From contig CALRBH010000004.1 in the NCBI GenBank assembly GCA_943354165.1, forward strand, positions 1,049-65,048: DNA of 64,000 bases. Direction: 5' to 3'. Of the stretch, positions 49,130 through 58,188 are shown in pieces (position 1 is the first letter of the stretch; every line of letters begins with the position of its first letter). The position numbers and the translations under genes were made by a program. Below the pieces are notes generated by a model that was not told the DNA's origin, did not search any database, and saw nothing but the letters and a program-made list of their open reading frames with translations. Source of the DNA: Candidatus Uhrbacteria bacterium RIFOXYB12_FULL_58_10. Its GTDB lineage: Bacteria > Patescibacteriota > Patescibacteriia > UBA9934 > GWF2-40-263.

Positions 49130-50644
49130 ATGATCGATGAAGAAGCCGTACGCATCGGACGACTTGAGCGCCTACGCGCCGCAGGCATTGATCCGTACCC
49201 AACGCGTGCCATACGCACGCATACCATCGCTCAATACCTTGCGATCTTCGATTCGCTGCTGCCCGCAGAAGGGGAGGAGGGAACAAAAGAGGTGACTCTG
49301 GTTGGACGCCTTAAGACGATCCGCAAGCACGGAGGTCTTACGTTTGCCCATCTTGAAGATGGGTCTGGTGCCGTTCAGATCGCGTTGCGAAAGGATCGTT
49401 TGAAGGAGGAGGGATACGCCTTTTTCCACGATACGGTGGACATGGGAGATTTTGTCGAAGTGACCGGAACTTCTTTTCTCACGAAGAAAGGTGAGCGTTC
49501 ACTCGACACTCGCGAATACAAAATGCTTTCCAAATCGCTTCTCCCGATGCCGGAGAAATGGCACGGCCTTACGGACGTAGAAATCCGCTACCGCCGCCGC
49601 TACCTCGATCTCATTTCAAACGAACAGGTTCGTTCAATTTTCAAAACCCGCGCCGCCATCATCCGTTCGATGCGCAATTACCTTGAGGGCCATGCGTTCA
49701 TGGAAGTAGAGACTCCCGTGCTTCAGGCTATTCCTGGAGGCGCCTCTGCACGCCCATTCGTGACCCATCACAACGCGCTAGATGTAGACATGTACCTGCG
49801 CATCGCCCCAGAGTTGTATCTCAAGCGCTGCATCGTAGGCGGATATGAGCGTGTGTTCGAGTTCGCCCGCTGCTTCCGCAACGAGGGGATCGATCATCTT
49901 CACAACCCTGAGTTCACCCAAATCGAAGGCTACGCGGCCTACATGGATTATGAGGAACTCATGGTCTTCCTCGAGAAAATGCTCGAGCAGGTCGTCCGCG
50001 ACTGTGGCCTCGATGTTGCCAAGGTTCCGTACCAGGGTCACGAATTGAATTTCACGGCCCCTTATCCTCGCGTCACGTTCCGCGATGCGATCAAACAGTA
50101 CGCGAATGTCGATATCGAAGAATATACTGACCGCGCATCAATGGCCAAGCTCGCGTTAAAACACGGTGTGCCGGTTGCTCCGACCGACAGCCACAGCACC
50201 ATTATCGACACGTTCTACAAGCACCTCGTCCGTCCGAAGATCATCCAGCCGGTTTATCTCATTGATTATCCGGCAGAGATCTCTCCGCTCGCAAAACGAA
50301 AAGTCGATAACCCGAAGCTCGTGGAAATGTTCCAGCTTGTTTATGGCGGCGGCGTAGAAAACATCAAGGCCTTCACGGAGCTAAACGATCCGCTGGATCA
50401 GGAAGAACGTTTCAAGGAGCAGGACAAGGCTCGCGCGGAAGGGGACGAGGAGGCCCAATTCAGCGACCCTGACTTCGTTCGTGCGCTTAAGCACGGCATG
50501 CCGCCCACGGCAGGATTCGGCATTGGCATCGACCGTCTTACAGCAACCCTTACGAATTCCCACAGTCTCAAGGAAGTCATTCTCTTCCCAACACTCCGTC
50601 CGGAGGCGCCAGAAATACCACAAGCTCCTCAAGCGAATGTATGA
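49130..50644 (+). CDS. lysS: lysine--tRNA ligase (class II)
   Basis: OB-fold N-domain, class II motifs FMEVETP, YGGG..., GIGIDRL. Confidence 0.9.
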   Translation: MIDEEAVRIGRLERLRAAGIDPYPTRAIRTHTIAQYLAIFDSLLPAEGEEGTKEVTLVGRLKTIRKHGGLTFAHLEDGSGAVQIALRKDRLKEEGYAFFHDTVDMGDFVEVTGTSFLTKKGERSLDTREYKMLSKSLLPMPEKWHGLTDVEIRYRRRYLDLISNEQVRSIFKTRAAIIRSMRNYLEGHAFMEVETPVLQAIPGGASARPFVTHHNALDVDMYLRIAPELYLKRCIVGGYERVFEFARCFRNEGIDHLHNPEFTQIEGYAAYMDYEELMVFLEKMLEQVVRDCGLDVAKVPYQGHELNFTAPYPRVTFRDAIKQYANVDIEEYTDRASMAKLALKHGVPVAPTDSHSTIIDTFYKHLVRPKIIQPVYLIDYPAEISPLAKRKVDNPKLVEMFQLVYGGGVENIKAFTELNDPLDQEERFKEQDKARAEGDEEAQFSDPDFVRALKHGMPPTAGFGIGIDRLTATLTNSHSLKEVILFPTLRPEAPEIPQAPQANV

Positions 50645-51027
50645 GCCGCACGGTTCTCGCGTTTGGAACCTTCGACAGGTTCCATGAAGGACACAAGCAA
50701 TTTCTCCAGCACGCGTTAGCGCTGGGAGACCGCCTGTGCGTTTCCGTCGCACGTGACGCGCATGTGCGAACGTTCAAGCGCAAAGACCCGATCCGAGGGG
50801 AAGGGGACCGTCTGGCCACCATCCAGGCACTTCCGTACGTAGACAAAGCCGTTCTTTCGGATGAGACCCTCGGAAGCTACGACGTGATCGATCGGATTCG
50901 TCCCGACATCATTGCTATTGGACACGACCAAGACGCGTTGCAGGCAGATCTGCTACGATGGATGTCAGAGAAGGGCCAGATCATCCCGATGCAAACGATT
51001 GGAAAATATGCGCGAGAGGAGGCGTGA
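50641..51027 (+). CDS. cytidylyltransferase-like nucleotidyltransferase domain protein (HxGH family)
   Basis: GTFDRFHEGH motif, 128 aa. Confidence 0.55.
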   Translation: MSRTVLAFGTFDRFHEGHKQFLQHALALGDRLCVSVARDAHVRTFKRKDPIRGEGDRLATIQALPYVDKAVLSDETLGSYDVIDRIRPDIIAIGHDQDALQADLLRWMSEKGQIIPMQTIGKYAREEA

Positions 51028-51874
51028 TTTTTTTCGAGGGCTTCAACGCGAACGCTATGCTTCGCGCGCGTATCGTAATCCCCATAAACAGCGTGGAGCG
51101 GAGCACACGAGCATCCGACTCCTTCCCATCGGCATAGGACTTATTTCCTGCGCCGCCATTGGAGGAATCGTCTGGATACTTGCCTCCGGAACGTTCAACA
51201 TCCGCCATGTTGAGATCGATGGGCAGAAGATCCACACGTTTGATGAACTCGCGAAGGAAACCCGGGCAGAATTGAATGAACGGGCGTTTTTTATTATCCC
51301 CAAAGCCAATAGATTTATCTTCGACGAATCCAACCTGCGTGAGCGACTTGTATCAAAGTTTGATCTCGAAGACGCGAGCGTTATTCATACAGGTGATCAG
51401 GTGCACATTGTCGTGAAGGAACGGGTCGAGACCTTACTTTGGACAAGTGGATCACGTCTATATCTTACGGACCGTTTCGGCGTAGTGCTACGCGAACTTT
51501 CCGCATCGGAACGTGCCGCACGGGAGGCGTCTCTTCCAACAACAGAAAAATCGCTTCCCGTGTTTATCGATATCCGCGCCGTCGAAGTCCAGCCAGGCAA
51601 CCGCGTGCTTGAGGCCGATGAGTTTGCCCGCATCATGGAGTTCCAGCAGGCCGTATCTGATCTCGGATATCCGTCTGGTGCCATCAAAGTGGACCGTCTT
51701 GCCGGAGCCTGGATGGCGCTCACGTGCGACGGGTTTGACGTAGTGTTCGATCCAGGAGGAAATGCCGCGGACCAGGCCAAGAATTTAAAAGTAGTCTTAC
51801 GCGAACGCGTTCCGGATCCGAAGTTGATCGAGTATATAGATGTCCGTTTCGGCGATCACGTGTATTATAAATAG
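51008..51874 (+). CDS. ftsQ: FtsQ/DivIB-like cell division protein (POTRA domain)
   Basis: Basic cytoplasmic N-terminus, single TM, then FNIRHVEIDGQKIHTFDEL POTRA-like segment. Confidence 0.5.
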   Translation: MRERRRDFFRGLQRERYASRAYRNPHKQRGAEHTSIRLLPIGIGLISCAAIGGIVWILASGTFNIRHVEIDGQKIHTFDELAKETRAELNERAFFIIPKANRFIFDESNLRERLVSKFDLEDASVIHTGDQVHIVVKERVETLLWTSGSRLYLTDRFGVVLRELSASERAAREASLPTTEKSLPVFIDIRAVEVQPGNRVLEADEFARIMEFQQAVSDLGYPSGAIKVDRLAGAWMALTCDGFDVVFDPGGNAADQAKNLKVVLRERVPDPKLIEYIDVRFGDHVYYK

Positions 51875-51938
51875 CATTCAGTAGACAGCAGTCAGCATTC
51901 AGGGTTTCCTGACTACTGACTACTGACTACTGACTACC
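51875..51938 (+). repeat. intergenic hairpin whose right arm is four tandem TGACTAC heptamers (TGA in all three frames), directly abutting the pgi ATG
   Basis: Left arm CATTCAGTAGACAGCAGTCAGCATTCAGG, loop GTTTCCT, right arm GACTACTGACTACTGACTACTGACTACC. Confidence 0.55.
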
Positions 51939-51939
51939 T

Positions 51940-53199
51940 ATGCATTCCCTGAAATACGACGATGCAGCCATGTGGGACACGGTGGCGGGCCAAGGGGGCG
52001 TCACTAAGGCCGAATGGCGCGCCATGATCCCCAGATTGCGCGAAGCGGACCGATCGCTCGCTCGCTTGAGCCGTGGAAAACAAGGCTGGATTTCTCCAGG
52101 CAGCGCAAAAGATCCATGGGTCAAGGAAGTCCTCGCGCAGGCAAAAAAGGTCCGCGGATCCTCTCGTGGACTTCTTGTCATTGGCATCGGCGGCTCCGAT
52201 CTAGGCGCACGCGCGCTCTTACAATCATTAGGCGATCCGTCGAAGGGCGTCTGGCTCGATGTTCTTTCTAACCCTGATCCGGAATACATAGCTGCCAAAC
52301 TTGATGACGCAAAGGAATGGCTGAAAGAAACCGCCGTGCTCGTGGTTTCAAAGTCAGGAATGACGCTTGAAACGATGGCGATATTTTCGCTGGTTCGAGA
52401 AAAGCTCAAGGCGCTCAAGGGCGACAAACATCGTTCCCAGATTTACGTGATCAGCGACCCAAACGGAAATCCGTTGCATGAACTTTCAAAATCAGAGGGG
52501 TATAACTTTATTCCTCACGCGCTGAATATCGGGGGCAGATTCTCCATCCTTTCAAGCGTCGGTTTGTTTCCAGCCGCATGCGCAGGCATTCCGATCACGC
52601 GTGTCCTCAAAGGCGCTCAAGATCGTTCTTTAAAGAATGCCGCACAACGATTCGCTGCATTGCACACGCTGGCGATGGCTACGCACGGACAAGGCACCCA
52701 TGTGCTGATGCCGTATTCGAACGCGCTCGAGACGTTTGGAGACTGGTACAGGCAGATCTGGGCAGAATCGCTGGGAAAGAACGGAAAGGGTCCAACACCG
52801 CTTGCCGCTCTAGGAACGATTGACCAACATTCCCAGGTCCAACTTTTTCACGACGGGCCAAACGATAAGGCCTATACGTTTATTTCCGTTGAAAAACCTC
52901 GTCGAGATGTCCGGTTACCCGCGTCAGTTAATAGGATCATGCCTGGCCTTGGTGGAAAGAAGCTCTCAGAGATCATGCAGGCGTCTTACAAGGGCACCGC
53001 GACGGCTCTATCAGGCGCACAGAGGCCACACGGAACTATCACCATCCCAACCATCTCACCGGAGACCGTAGGGGCGCTGGCGCAATTCTTCATGCTTGCG
53101 ACTGCCTATACAGGCGAGCTCATGGGAGTGAATACCTTCGATCAACCTGGGGTTGAGGCGGGCAAGATTGAAACCAAACGGTTGCTAGGCCTCGTATGA
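51940..53199 (+). CDS. pgi: glucose-6-phosphate isomerase (short ~420 aa form)
   Basis: SIS-domain motifs GIGGSDLG and GGRFS..S conserved. Confidence 0.8.
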   Translation: MHSLKYDDAAMWDTVAGQGGVTKAEWRAMIPRLREADRSLARLSRGKQGWISPGSAKDPWVKEVLAQAKKVRGSSRGLLVIGIGGSDLGARALLQSLGDPSKGVWLDVLSNPDPEYIAAKLDDAKEWLKETAVLVVSKSGMTLETMAIFSLVREKLKALKGDKHRSQIYVISDPNGNPLHELSKSEGYNFIPHALNIGGRFSILSSVGLFPAACAGIPITRVLKGAQDRSLKNAAQRFAALHTLAMATHGQGTHVLMPYSNALETFGDWYRQIWAESLGKNGKGPTPLAALGTIDQHSQVQLFHDGPNDKAYTFISVEKPRRDVRLPASVNRIMPGLGGKKLSEIMQASYKGTATALSGAQRPHGTITIPTISPETVGALAQFFMLATAYTGELMGVNTFDQPGVEAGKIETKRLLGLV

Positions 53200-53603
53200 A
53201 GTTCAGCCATGCGCTGATAGCGATGGGCACGGTTTATGCGGCCAACCACGTGTTGTCCTCGAAATTGTTTTTGATCTATCAGACCTATCCGAACTTTGAC
53301 GTGCCGATGCACTTCATCGGCGGATTCACCGCAGGGATGGTCGGACTCGCGATTCACACCTACGCCTACAATGGAAAGAAACGACGCTCAGTACCAAAAT
53401 GGTATTCCGTTCTGTTTGTCCTCGGCGCAACAGCGATGATCGCGGTGGTGTGGGAATATTACGAATTCACCCTCGACCAGCTCAACCGGGGAAGGGCAGG
53501 TTGGTATAGCATGCAGCCGACCGTCGTCGATACGATGGCGGATATATTCTTAGGGATGTTTGGAAGTGCATCAGCCATCGGAATATTTCGAAAGCATTTG
53601 TAA
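53196..53603 (+). CDS. VanZ-like membrane protein
   Basis: 4 TM helices and LDQLNRGRAGWYSMQPTVVDTMADIFLGMFG resembling the VanZ motif. Confidence 0.4.
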   Translation: MKFSHALIAMGTVYAANHVLSSKLFLIYQTYPNFDVPMHFIGGFTAGMVGLAIHTYAYNGKKRRSVPKWYSVLFVLGATAMIAVVWEYYEFTLDQLNRGRAGWYSMQPTVVDTMADIFLGMFGSASAIGIFRKHL

Positions 53604-53642
53604 TGAGTCGTGAAGTGAACTATTTACTTAGTGTCGTAAAAT

Positions 53643-54026
53643 ATGGACGAACGGGGAACACAGACCGGGGTCGGGAAGCGAGCTGAGAGACCTTGGGGGT
53701 GGTATGAGTCGATATTTATAGATGATGGTTACCAGGTAAAACGGATCCTAGTAAAACCTGGCCAAAGGCTTTCGTACCAGTCGCACGAAAAAAGATCCGA
53801 GCGCTGGATCATTATTTCTGGCTACGCGGATGTAACGCTCGACGATAAATATTTTTCGTTTGGCGTCGGCGAAGTGGTCGAGGTTGGCATACGCGTAAAA
53901 CATCGCATAACGAATTCCAAAGATGTAGACCTCATGCTTATAGAGGTGCAGCTGGGCTCATACTTAGGCGAGGATGACATTGTACGGTACCAGGACGATT
54001 ACGGACGTGTGCCACAGGTATCCTAG
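53643..54026 (+). CDS. stand-alone cupin resembling the C-terminal domain of type II mannose-6-phosphate isomerase / ManC
   Basis: RPWGWYESI...KRILVKPGQRLSYQSHEKRSERWIIISGYADVTLDD...EVQLGSYLGEDDIVRYQDDYGR matches the PMI type-II cupin signature. Confidence 0.6.
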   Translation: MDERGTQTGVGKRAERPWGWYESIFIDDGYQVKRILVKPGQRLSYQSHEKRSERWIIISGYADVTLDDKYFSFGVGEVVEVGIRVKHRITNSKDVDLMLIEVQLGSYLGEDDIVRYQDDYGRVPQVS

Positions 54027-54162
54027 TACCCATGAAAACGTCCTAGGGCATTTTAAACGGTCGCGTATTTTCGACTCGCAACACCCCAAGGGCAACAACG
54101 CGTCTCAACGCGTTAAGCCAAGCACCTCGACACGACAAGCCAAACGACCGCTCAACGAGGGA

Positions 54163-54219
54163 GACATTTTCCGACTCTTGATCCGTGAACGGCAAGGGGA
54201 TCAAGTGTTGGAAAATGTC
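54163..54219. promoter_or_regulatory. nested perfect inverted repeats (outer GACATTTTCC/GGAAAATGTC 10 bp, inner CTTGATCC/GGATCAAG 8 bp) forming a ~57-nt structured element
   Basis: Seen in sequence in a convergent intergenic region. Confidence 0.45.
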
Positions 54220-54227
54220 GACGATCT

Positions 54228-54279
54228 TATGCGACACTAAGTAGCCAGGTGAGCGTTTTAGGCTACTTAGTGTCGTATA
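54228..54279. promoter_or_regulatory. 19-bp near-perfect inverted repeat TATGCGACACTAAGTAGCC-N14-GGCTACTTAGTGTCGTATA carrying the ACTTAGTGTCG motif
   Basis: 18/19 complementary; motif recurs at 53626-53638 and as CGACACT at 54292-54298. Confidence 0.45.
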
Positions 54280-54335
54280 AGATATATTGTGCGACACTTG
54301 ATATTTGAGATAATCAAGGGGTTTCTGCTACTTCT

Positions 54336-54581
54336 CTACACTGCTCTCCCTAAATTTTCTGATAAGTACGTGAGTACCAGGATCATTCCCCCGATCCCGA
54401 AGCACGTAAGAAATAGCATCGCGAGCATCCGAATGTCTCCGTCATCTTTTGCTGCGCCGATAATAATATTTGCAGAAATAAAAATATACGCAGCGATAGG
54501 CGTCAGAACCATGATCCATCCAAAGATTTTGAGGACGAGTTCAAGCGACATATAAGTGGGTCCCCTACCCTCCGTAGCCAT
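54336..54581 (-). CDS. small membrane protein (2 TM) downstream of the EnvC-like peptidase
   Basis: 81 aa, hydrophobic, 17-nt gap from upstream co-oriented gene. Confidence 0.3.
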   Translation of the reverse strand: MATEGRGPTYMSLELVLKIFGWIMVLTPIAAYIFISANIIIGAAKDDGDIRMLAMLFLTCFGIGGMILVLTYLSENLGRAV

Positions 54582-54598
54582 AGCCCGCGAGACCCTGC

Positions 54599-55849
54599 TT
54601 AATTCGATCCGACGAGGAGTGGCATCGGATCAACCGGGATCCCGTTTTTTCTTGCTTCGAAGTGAAGATGTGGTCCCGTCGAAAGTCCGGCACCAGCTGT
54701 GCCTGGCATCCCTCCTGAAAGGCCGATTGTGGCTCCACGCGCGAGGAATTGGTCAGGCTTCACGGTAATCTTCGAAAGATGAGCGTAAAGCGTGGCAATA
54801 CCATTGGTGTGAATCACCATCACATAATTTCCATATTGCGACCCTACACGAGTCCATGCCACATATCCAGGGGCCGCCGAAACAACAGGCGTCCCCTGCT
54901 TTTGAGGAATATCGAGCCCGGAGTGTTCGAATAGATGTCGGAACGGGTAGGTTGGATCGTGGAACCTCGTGGAAATGCCTCGGTACGAAGGGTCCACTGG
55001 CCAGGAAAGCACGGTGGGGCCCTTGATACCATCTGCATCGGCAAGCTTCGCTTCGATCGCCCCCTGAAGAAGACCGATCTGATGGTTAATGTAGGCCTCT
55101 TCCTCACGCAACTGACTCAACAATGACTGGTATTGAGATTCGGACTGCTTGCTCTCCGCAAACAGCGTATCCTTGGCGCCGCGCTCTTCTGCAAGCTGGT
55201 TCGTGGTTTCCTGAAGCGTCTTCTCGAGGTTCGCGAGACGTGCATGTCGGCCCTCGAGATCCTTGCGCGACATTTCCACGCCAGCTTGCTCGATCTTCGC
55301 CTTATCTACGGCCACGGACAAGTCTTCATTAATGTTCGCGAGATACTGCAATTGATCAAACAGTTCAGCAAAGCTATTAGTACTGAACAAGGCTTCCAAA
55401 ACCAATGAGTGATCGTTTACCTCCATGGAGCGCAGGAGATCGGCAATGAGCTCGCGATTGCGTGCCAACTGCGTTTCAATCGCCGAAATCTGGGCGGATA
55501 ATACCGTGATCTCATCATCAATCACTTCACGTTCAGCTTGAGTGGCCTTTAAGGTCAGCTCCGTCTTCGCAATACGGTTTTCAAGCAAGGAAACCTGATC
55601 CTGTAACGTTGTGGAGGTCCGTTGCTGCTTTTCGATCTGCGCCCGGAACGTTTCGATGCGATCCTGCAAGGAATCCACGTTCGAACGCTTCGCTTTGATT
55701 TCATCATTGAGTTTATTGATCTCACCAGCAATCTCCGCATCATCGATAGAAACCTTTGTCGGAGCCGATTGCGCAAACGAAATCGCCGCCACAAGGAGAC
55801 AGGCGGCCGGAATCGTCAGAGAAATTATTCCTAGGTTCCTCCTATTCAT
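54599..55849 (-). CDS. EnvC-like coiled-coil M23 family peptidase
   Basis: Signal peptide, ~250 aa coiled coil, C-terminal M23 domain with HSGLD (HxxxD) and GPHLHFEA. Confidence 0.7.
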   Translation of the reverse strand: MNRRNLGIISLTIPAACLLVAAISFAQSAPTKVSIDDAEIAGEINKLNDEIKAKRSNVDSLQDRIETFRAQIEKQQRTSTTLQDQVSLLENRIAKTELTLKATQAEREVIDDEITVLSAQISAIETQLARNRELIADLLRSMEVNDHSLVLEALFSTNSFAELFDQLQYLANINEDLSVAVDKAKIEQAGVEMSRKDLEGRHARLANLEKTLQETTNQLAEERGAKDTLFAESKQSESQYQSLLSQLREEEAYINHQIGLLQGAIEAKLADADGIKGPTVLSWPVDPSYRGISTRFHDPTYPFRHLFEHSGLDIPQKQGTPVVSAAPGYVAWTRVGSQYGNYVMVIHTNGIATLYAHLSKITVKPDQFLARGATIGLSGGMPGTAGAGLSTGPHLHFEARKNGIPVDPMPLLVGSN

Positions 55850-57327
55850 GCAGCGAACTGATTAAGGGCATGCCTCAACCGCGCGAGTGACTCTTCCCTG
55901 CCGAACGCCCACAAAAGTTGGTACGGACTTGGCGAAGCCGAGCGACCAGAAAGGGCCACGCGCAACGGCCACAAAACATTGCCATTAGAGAGGCTCTTGC
56001 GAGTAATATACTCCTTCACAGAAGCTTCGAGTAGAGCGATATCCACGAAGGCAGAAGCATCCATCGAATCTATATGGAGAGAAAGCTCTTTTAGTTGAAG
56101 TTGAGCGTCTGCAGCGTCAGATTTCTTCCAAACCAGCATGCCAGCTTCGTACGGAGGGACCGTAAGATACCCGTCGACGAGATCGACCATGTCGGCCAGC
56201 TTCACAAGCCGCTCCTGTTCGATGGTACAAACACGTTCAAGAAGTCCAGATTCAACCGACTTCCCTGCTCGCTCAAGAAACGGAGAAACGAGGGAAACAA
56301 GTTCCTTCGGCGACTTCGTCCGGATGTACTGACCGTTCATCCAATCGAGCTTTTCGACGTTAAAGACGGCACCTGACTTGTTTACCTTCGAAATTTCGAA
56401 CAATGGAATCAGTTCAGCAACTGAGAAAATTTCGCGATCAGCCGACGGATTGAATCCCATCAAAGCCACAAAGTTCATGAGGGCTTCTGGCAGATATCCC
56501 TTATCAAGATAATCCTCGACCGCCACATCACCTTGTCGCTTTGAAAGTTTCGATCGGTCTGCGTTAAGAATCAATGGAAGATGAGCAAACTCTGGAATCT
56601 TCCAGCCAAATGCATTGTAAAGCATCACATGCTTCGGAACGCTCGAAATCCATTCCTCGCCACGAATCACGCAAGTGACCTCCATGAGGTGATCATCTAC
56701 AACGTTTGCGAGATGGTACGTCGGATATCCATCAGATTTCATGAGCACCTGGTCATCGACCTCGGCATTCGAGATTTCGATGCGGCCGCGGATCAAATCC
56801 TCAATAACGGTTTCCCCTTCTGGGATTTTCAATCGAAGAACGTACGGCTCGCTTGCTGACAATTTTTGTTCAATCTCAGCCTGCGATAATTTCGTACAGG
56901 CGCGATCGTATTTCATCGGCATCTTTGCGAGTTCCTGTTCTTTACGAACCGTATCGAGCCGATCTTTTGAGCAGAAACAATAATAGGCGTGGCGAGAAGC
57001 AAGGAGCATCTTCGCATGCTCAAGATAAATGGGCAGGCGCTGAGACTGAATGTACGGCCCGTGATTCCCTACTTCGACAATTTCTCCCTTCGCATTAAGC
57101 GTCGGACCCTCATTGTACGACAGGCTCATTCGATCAAGAGAACGAATCAGACTTTCGACGGCGCCTGGTACATACCGTTCGCGATCCGTATCCTCAATAC
57201 GCAAGACGAACTTCCCTCCAAGCTTCCTGGCATGCATGTAGTTATAAAGCGCAGTGCGCAGTCCCCCGATATGGAGATATCCAGTAGGAGAAGGGGGGAA
57301 TCGAGTTACAACCAATGACATATTCAA
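55846..57327 (-). CDS. gltX: glutamate--tRNA ligase (ORF-track TTG start; first ATG at 57321)
   Basis: HIGG (PTGYLHIGGLRTA) and KLSKR motifs. Confidence 0.9.
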   Translation of the reverse strand: MNMSLVVTRFPPSPTGYLHIGGLRTALYNYMHARKLGGKFVLRIEDTDRERYVPGAVESLIRSLDRMSLSYNEGPTLNAKGEIVEVGNHGPYIQSQRLPIYLEHAKMLLASRHAYYCFCSKDRLDTVRKEQELAKMPMKYDRACTKLSQAEIEQKLSASEPYVLRLKIPEGETVIEDLIRGRIEISNAEVDDQVLMKSDGYPTYHLANVVDDHLMEVTCVIRGEEWISSVPKHVMLYNAFGWKIPEFAHLPLILNADRSKLSKRQGDVAVEDYLDKGYLPEALMNFVALMGFNPSADREIFSVAELIPLFEISKVNKSGAVFNVEKLDWMNGQYIRTKSPKELVSLVSPFLERAGKSVESGLLERVCTIEQERLVKLADMVDLVDGYLTVPPYEAGMLVWKKSDAADAQLQLKELSLHIDSMDASAFVDIALLEASVKEYITRKSLSNGNVLWPLRVALSGRSASPSPYQLLWAFGREESLARLRHALNQFAA

Positions 57328-57337
57328 TGTTATTCAT

Positions 57338-57369
57338 CCTACGTACTACGAACTACGCACTACGTACTA
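57338..57369 (-). repeat. four tandem TAGTNCG heptamers on the coding strand (TAG in all three frames), beginning with the wecB-like stop codon and filling the gap to gltX
   Basis: Minus-strand sequence TAGTACG TAGTGCG TAGTTCG TAGTACG TAGG. Confidence 0.5.
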
Positions 57370-58115
57370 ATCCGCCTCAATCTATCCCAAATAGCGAGCG
57401 TTGGAAAGACGACCGCAGCAGTAAGGATCCGTATAAGGCGCGAAGGTTCCTGAATGAGCCGCCAGAGCCATTCAAGACCCATTTGGCGCCACGCAAGCGG
57501 TGCGCGCTCGATGCGTCCTGAAAGAAAGGCAAAAACGCCCCCGACGCCGATCATGAACCGAACGCTTAGAAACTTATTGAGATGAGACGCAATCCAAGCT
57601 TCCTGTTTTCCGTGCCCGAGGGCAACGGCGATGACGGCAGGTTGAAACGCGATGATTTCGTCGAGTGTCGACGGTTCCATTTCCCAGTTTCCATCCGCAA
57701 GCAGATGAATCATGCCGCCGTTCATTCCTTTAATCGACAGATTTGGATACTGCGACTTTATGGCCAGGGCCGCGAGTTTCGCATCGTCCCCTTCCCCACC
57801 CAGTAATAAAATCGGCAGCGAATGGTCAGCGCAAGCCTTCACCAAATCCTCAAGAATTTCCGTTCCTGTAACGCGAGCGAGTTGTTCGTTGTACAAATAA
57901 CGTCCGATCAGCGAAATCCCGAACCCGTCCACTGCAACGATTCCTGCCTCATGAACGATAGAGGCAAACTTGGGGTTTGATCGCGCCTCAACCAGCATTT
58001 CAGGATTCAAGGTAACGATTTGAACCGCTTCCTCCTTGGAATCCATCGCCGAACAGACCCGATCCCAGATCTGGTTTCTTGTGAGGTTTTTAACGTGAAC
58101 ACCAAAAATGTTCAT
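57360..58115 (-). CDS. WecB/TagA/CpsF family glycosyltransferase
   Basis: ~250 aa, family-typical N-terminus IFGVHVKNLTRNQ... and central GGG/LLGG motifs. Confidence 0.65.
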   Translation of the reverse strand: MNIFGVHVKNLTRNQIWDRVCSAMDSKEEAVQIVTLNPEMLVEARSNPKFASIVHEAGIVAVDGFGISLIGRYLYNEQLARVTGTEILEDLVKACADHSLPILLLGGEGDDAKLAALAIKSQYPNLSIKGMNGGMIHLLADGNWEMEPSTLDEIIAFQPAVIAVALGHGKQEAWIASHLNKFLSVRFMIGVGGVFAFLSGRIERAPLAWRQMGLEWLWRLIQEPSRLIRILTAAVVFPTLAIWDRLRRIST

Positions 58116-58140
58116 AAGATTTACATGCTAACACGCGGAC

Positions 58141-58169
58141 TTTACACGCTCAAATTAGCACTCTATAAT
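58141..58169 (+). promoter_or_regulatory. sigma70 promoter for clpB (TTTACA-17-TATAAT)
   Basis: -35 58141-58146, -10 58164-58169, ATG 58189. Confidence 0.65.
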
Positions 58170-58181
58170 AGCGAGTGCTAA
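58155..58181 (+). promoter_or_regulatory. CIRCE element (HrcA operator) TTAGCACTC-N9-GAGTGCTAA overlapping the clpB -10
   Basis: Perfect match to the CIRCE consensus inverted repeat with 9-nt spacer. Confidence 0.8.
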
Positions 58182-58188
58182 TCTCCAT

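Noticed and set aside
54043-54555. Short ORFs 54043-54297 (minus) and 54289-54555 (plus) in the inverted-repeat-rich intergenic region
   Set aside because: Their translations are not protein-like and they overlap the structured repeats; 54289-54555 also overlaps the more plausible minus-strand membrane ORF.
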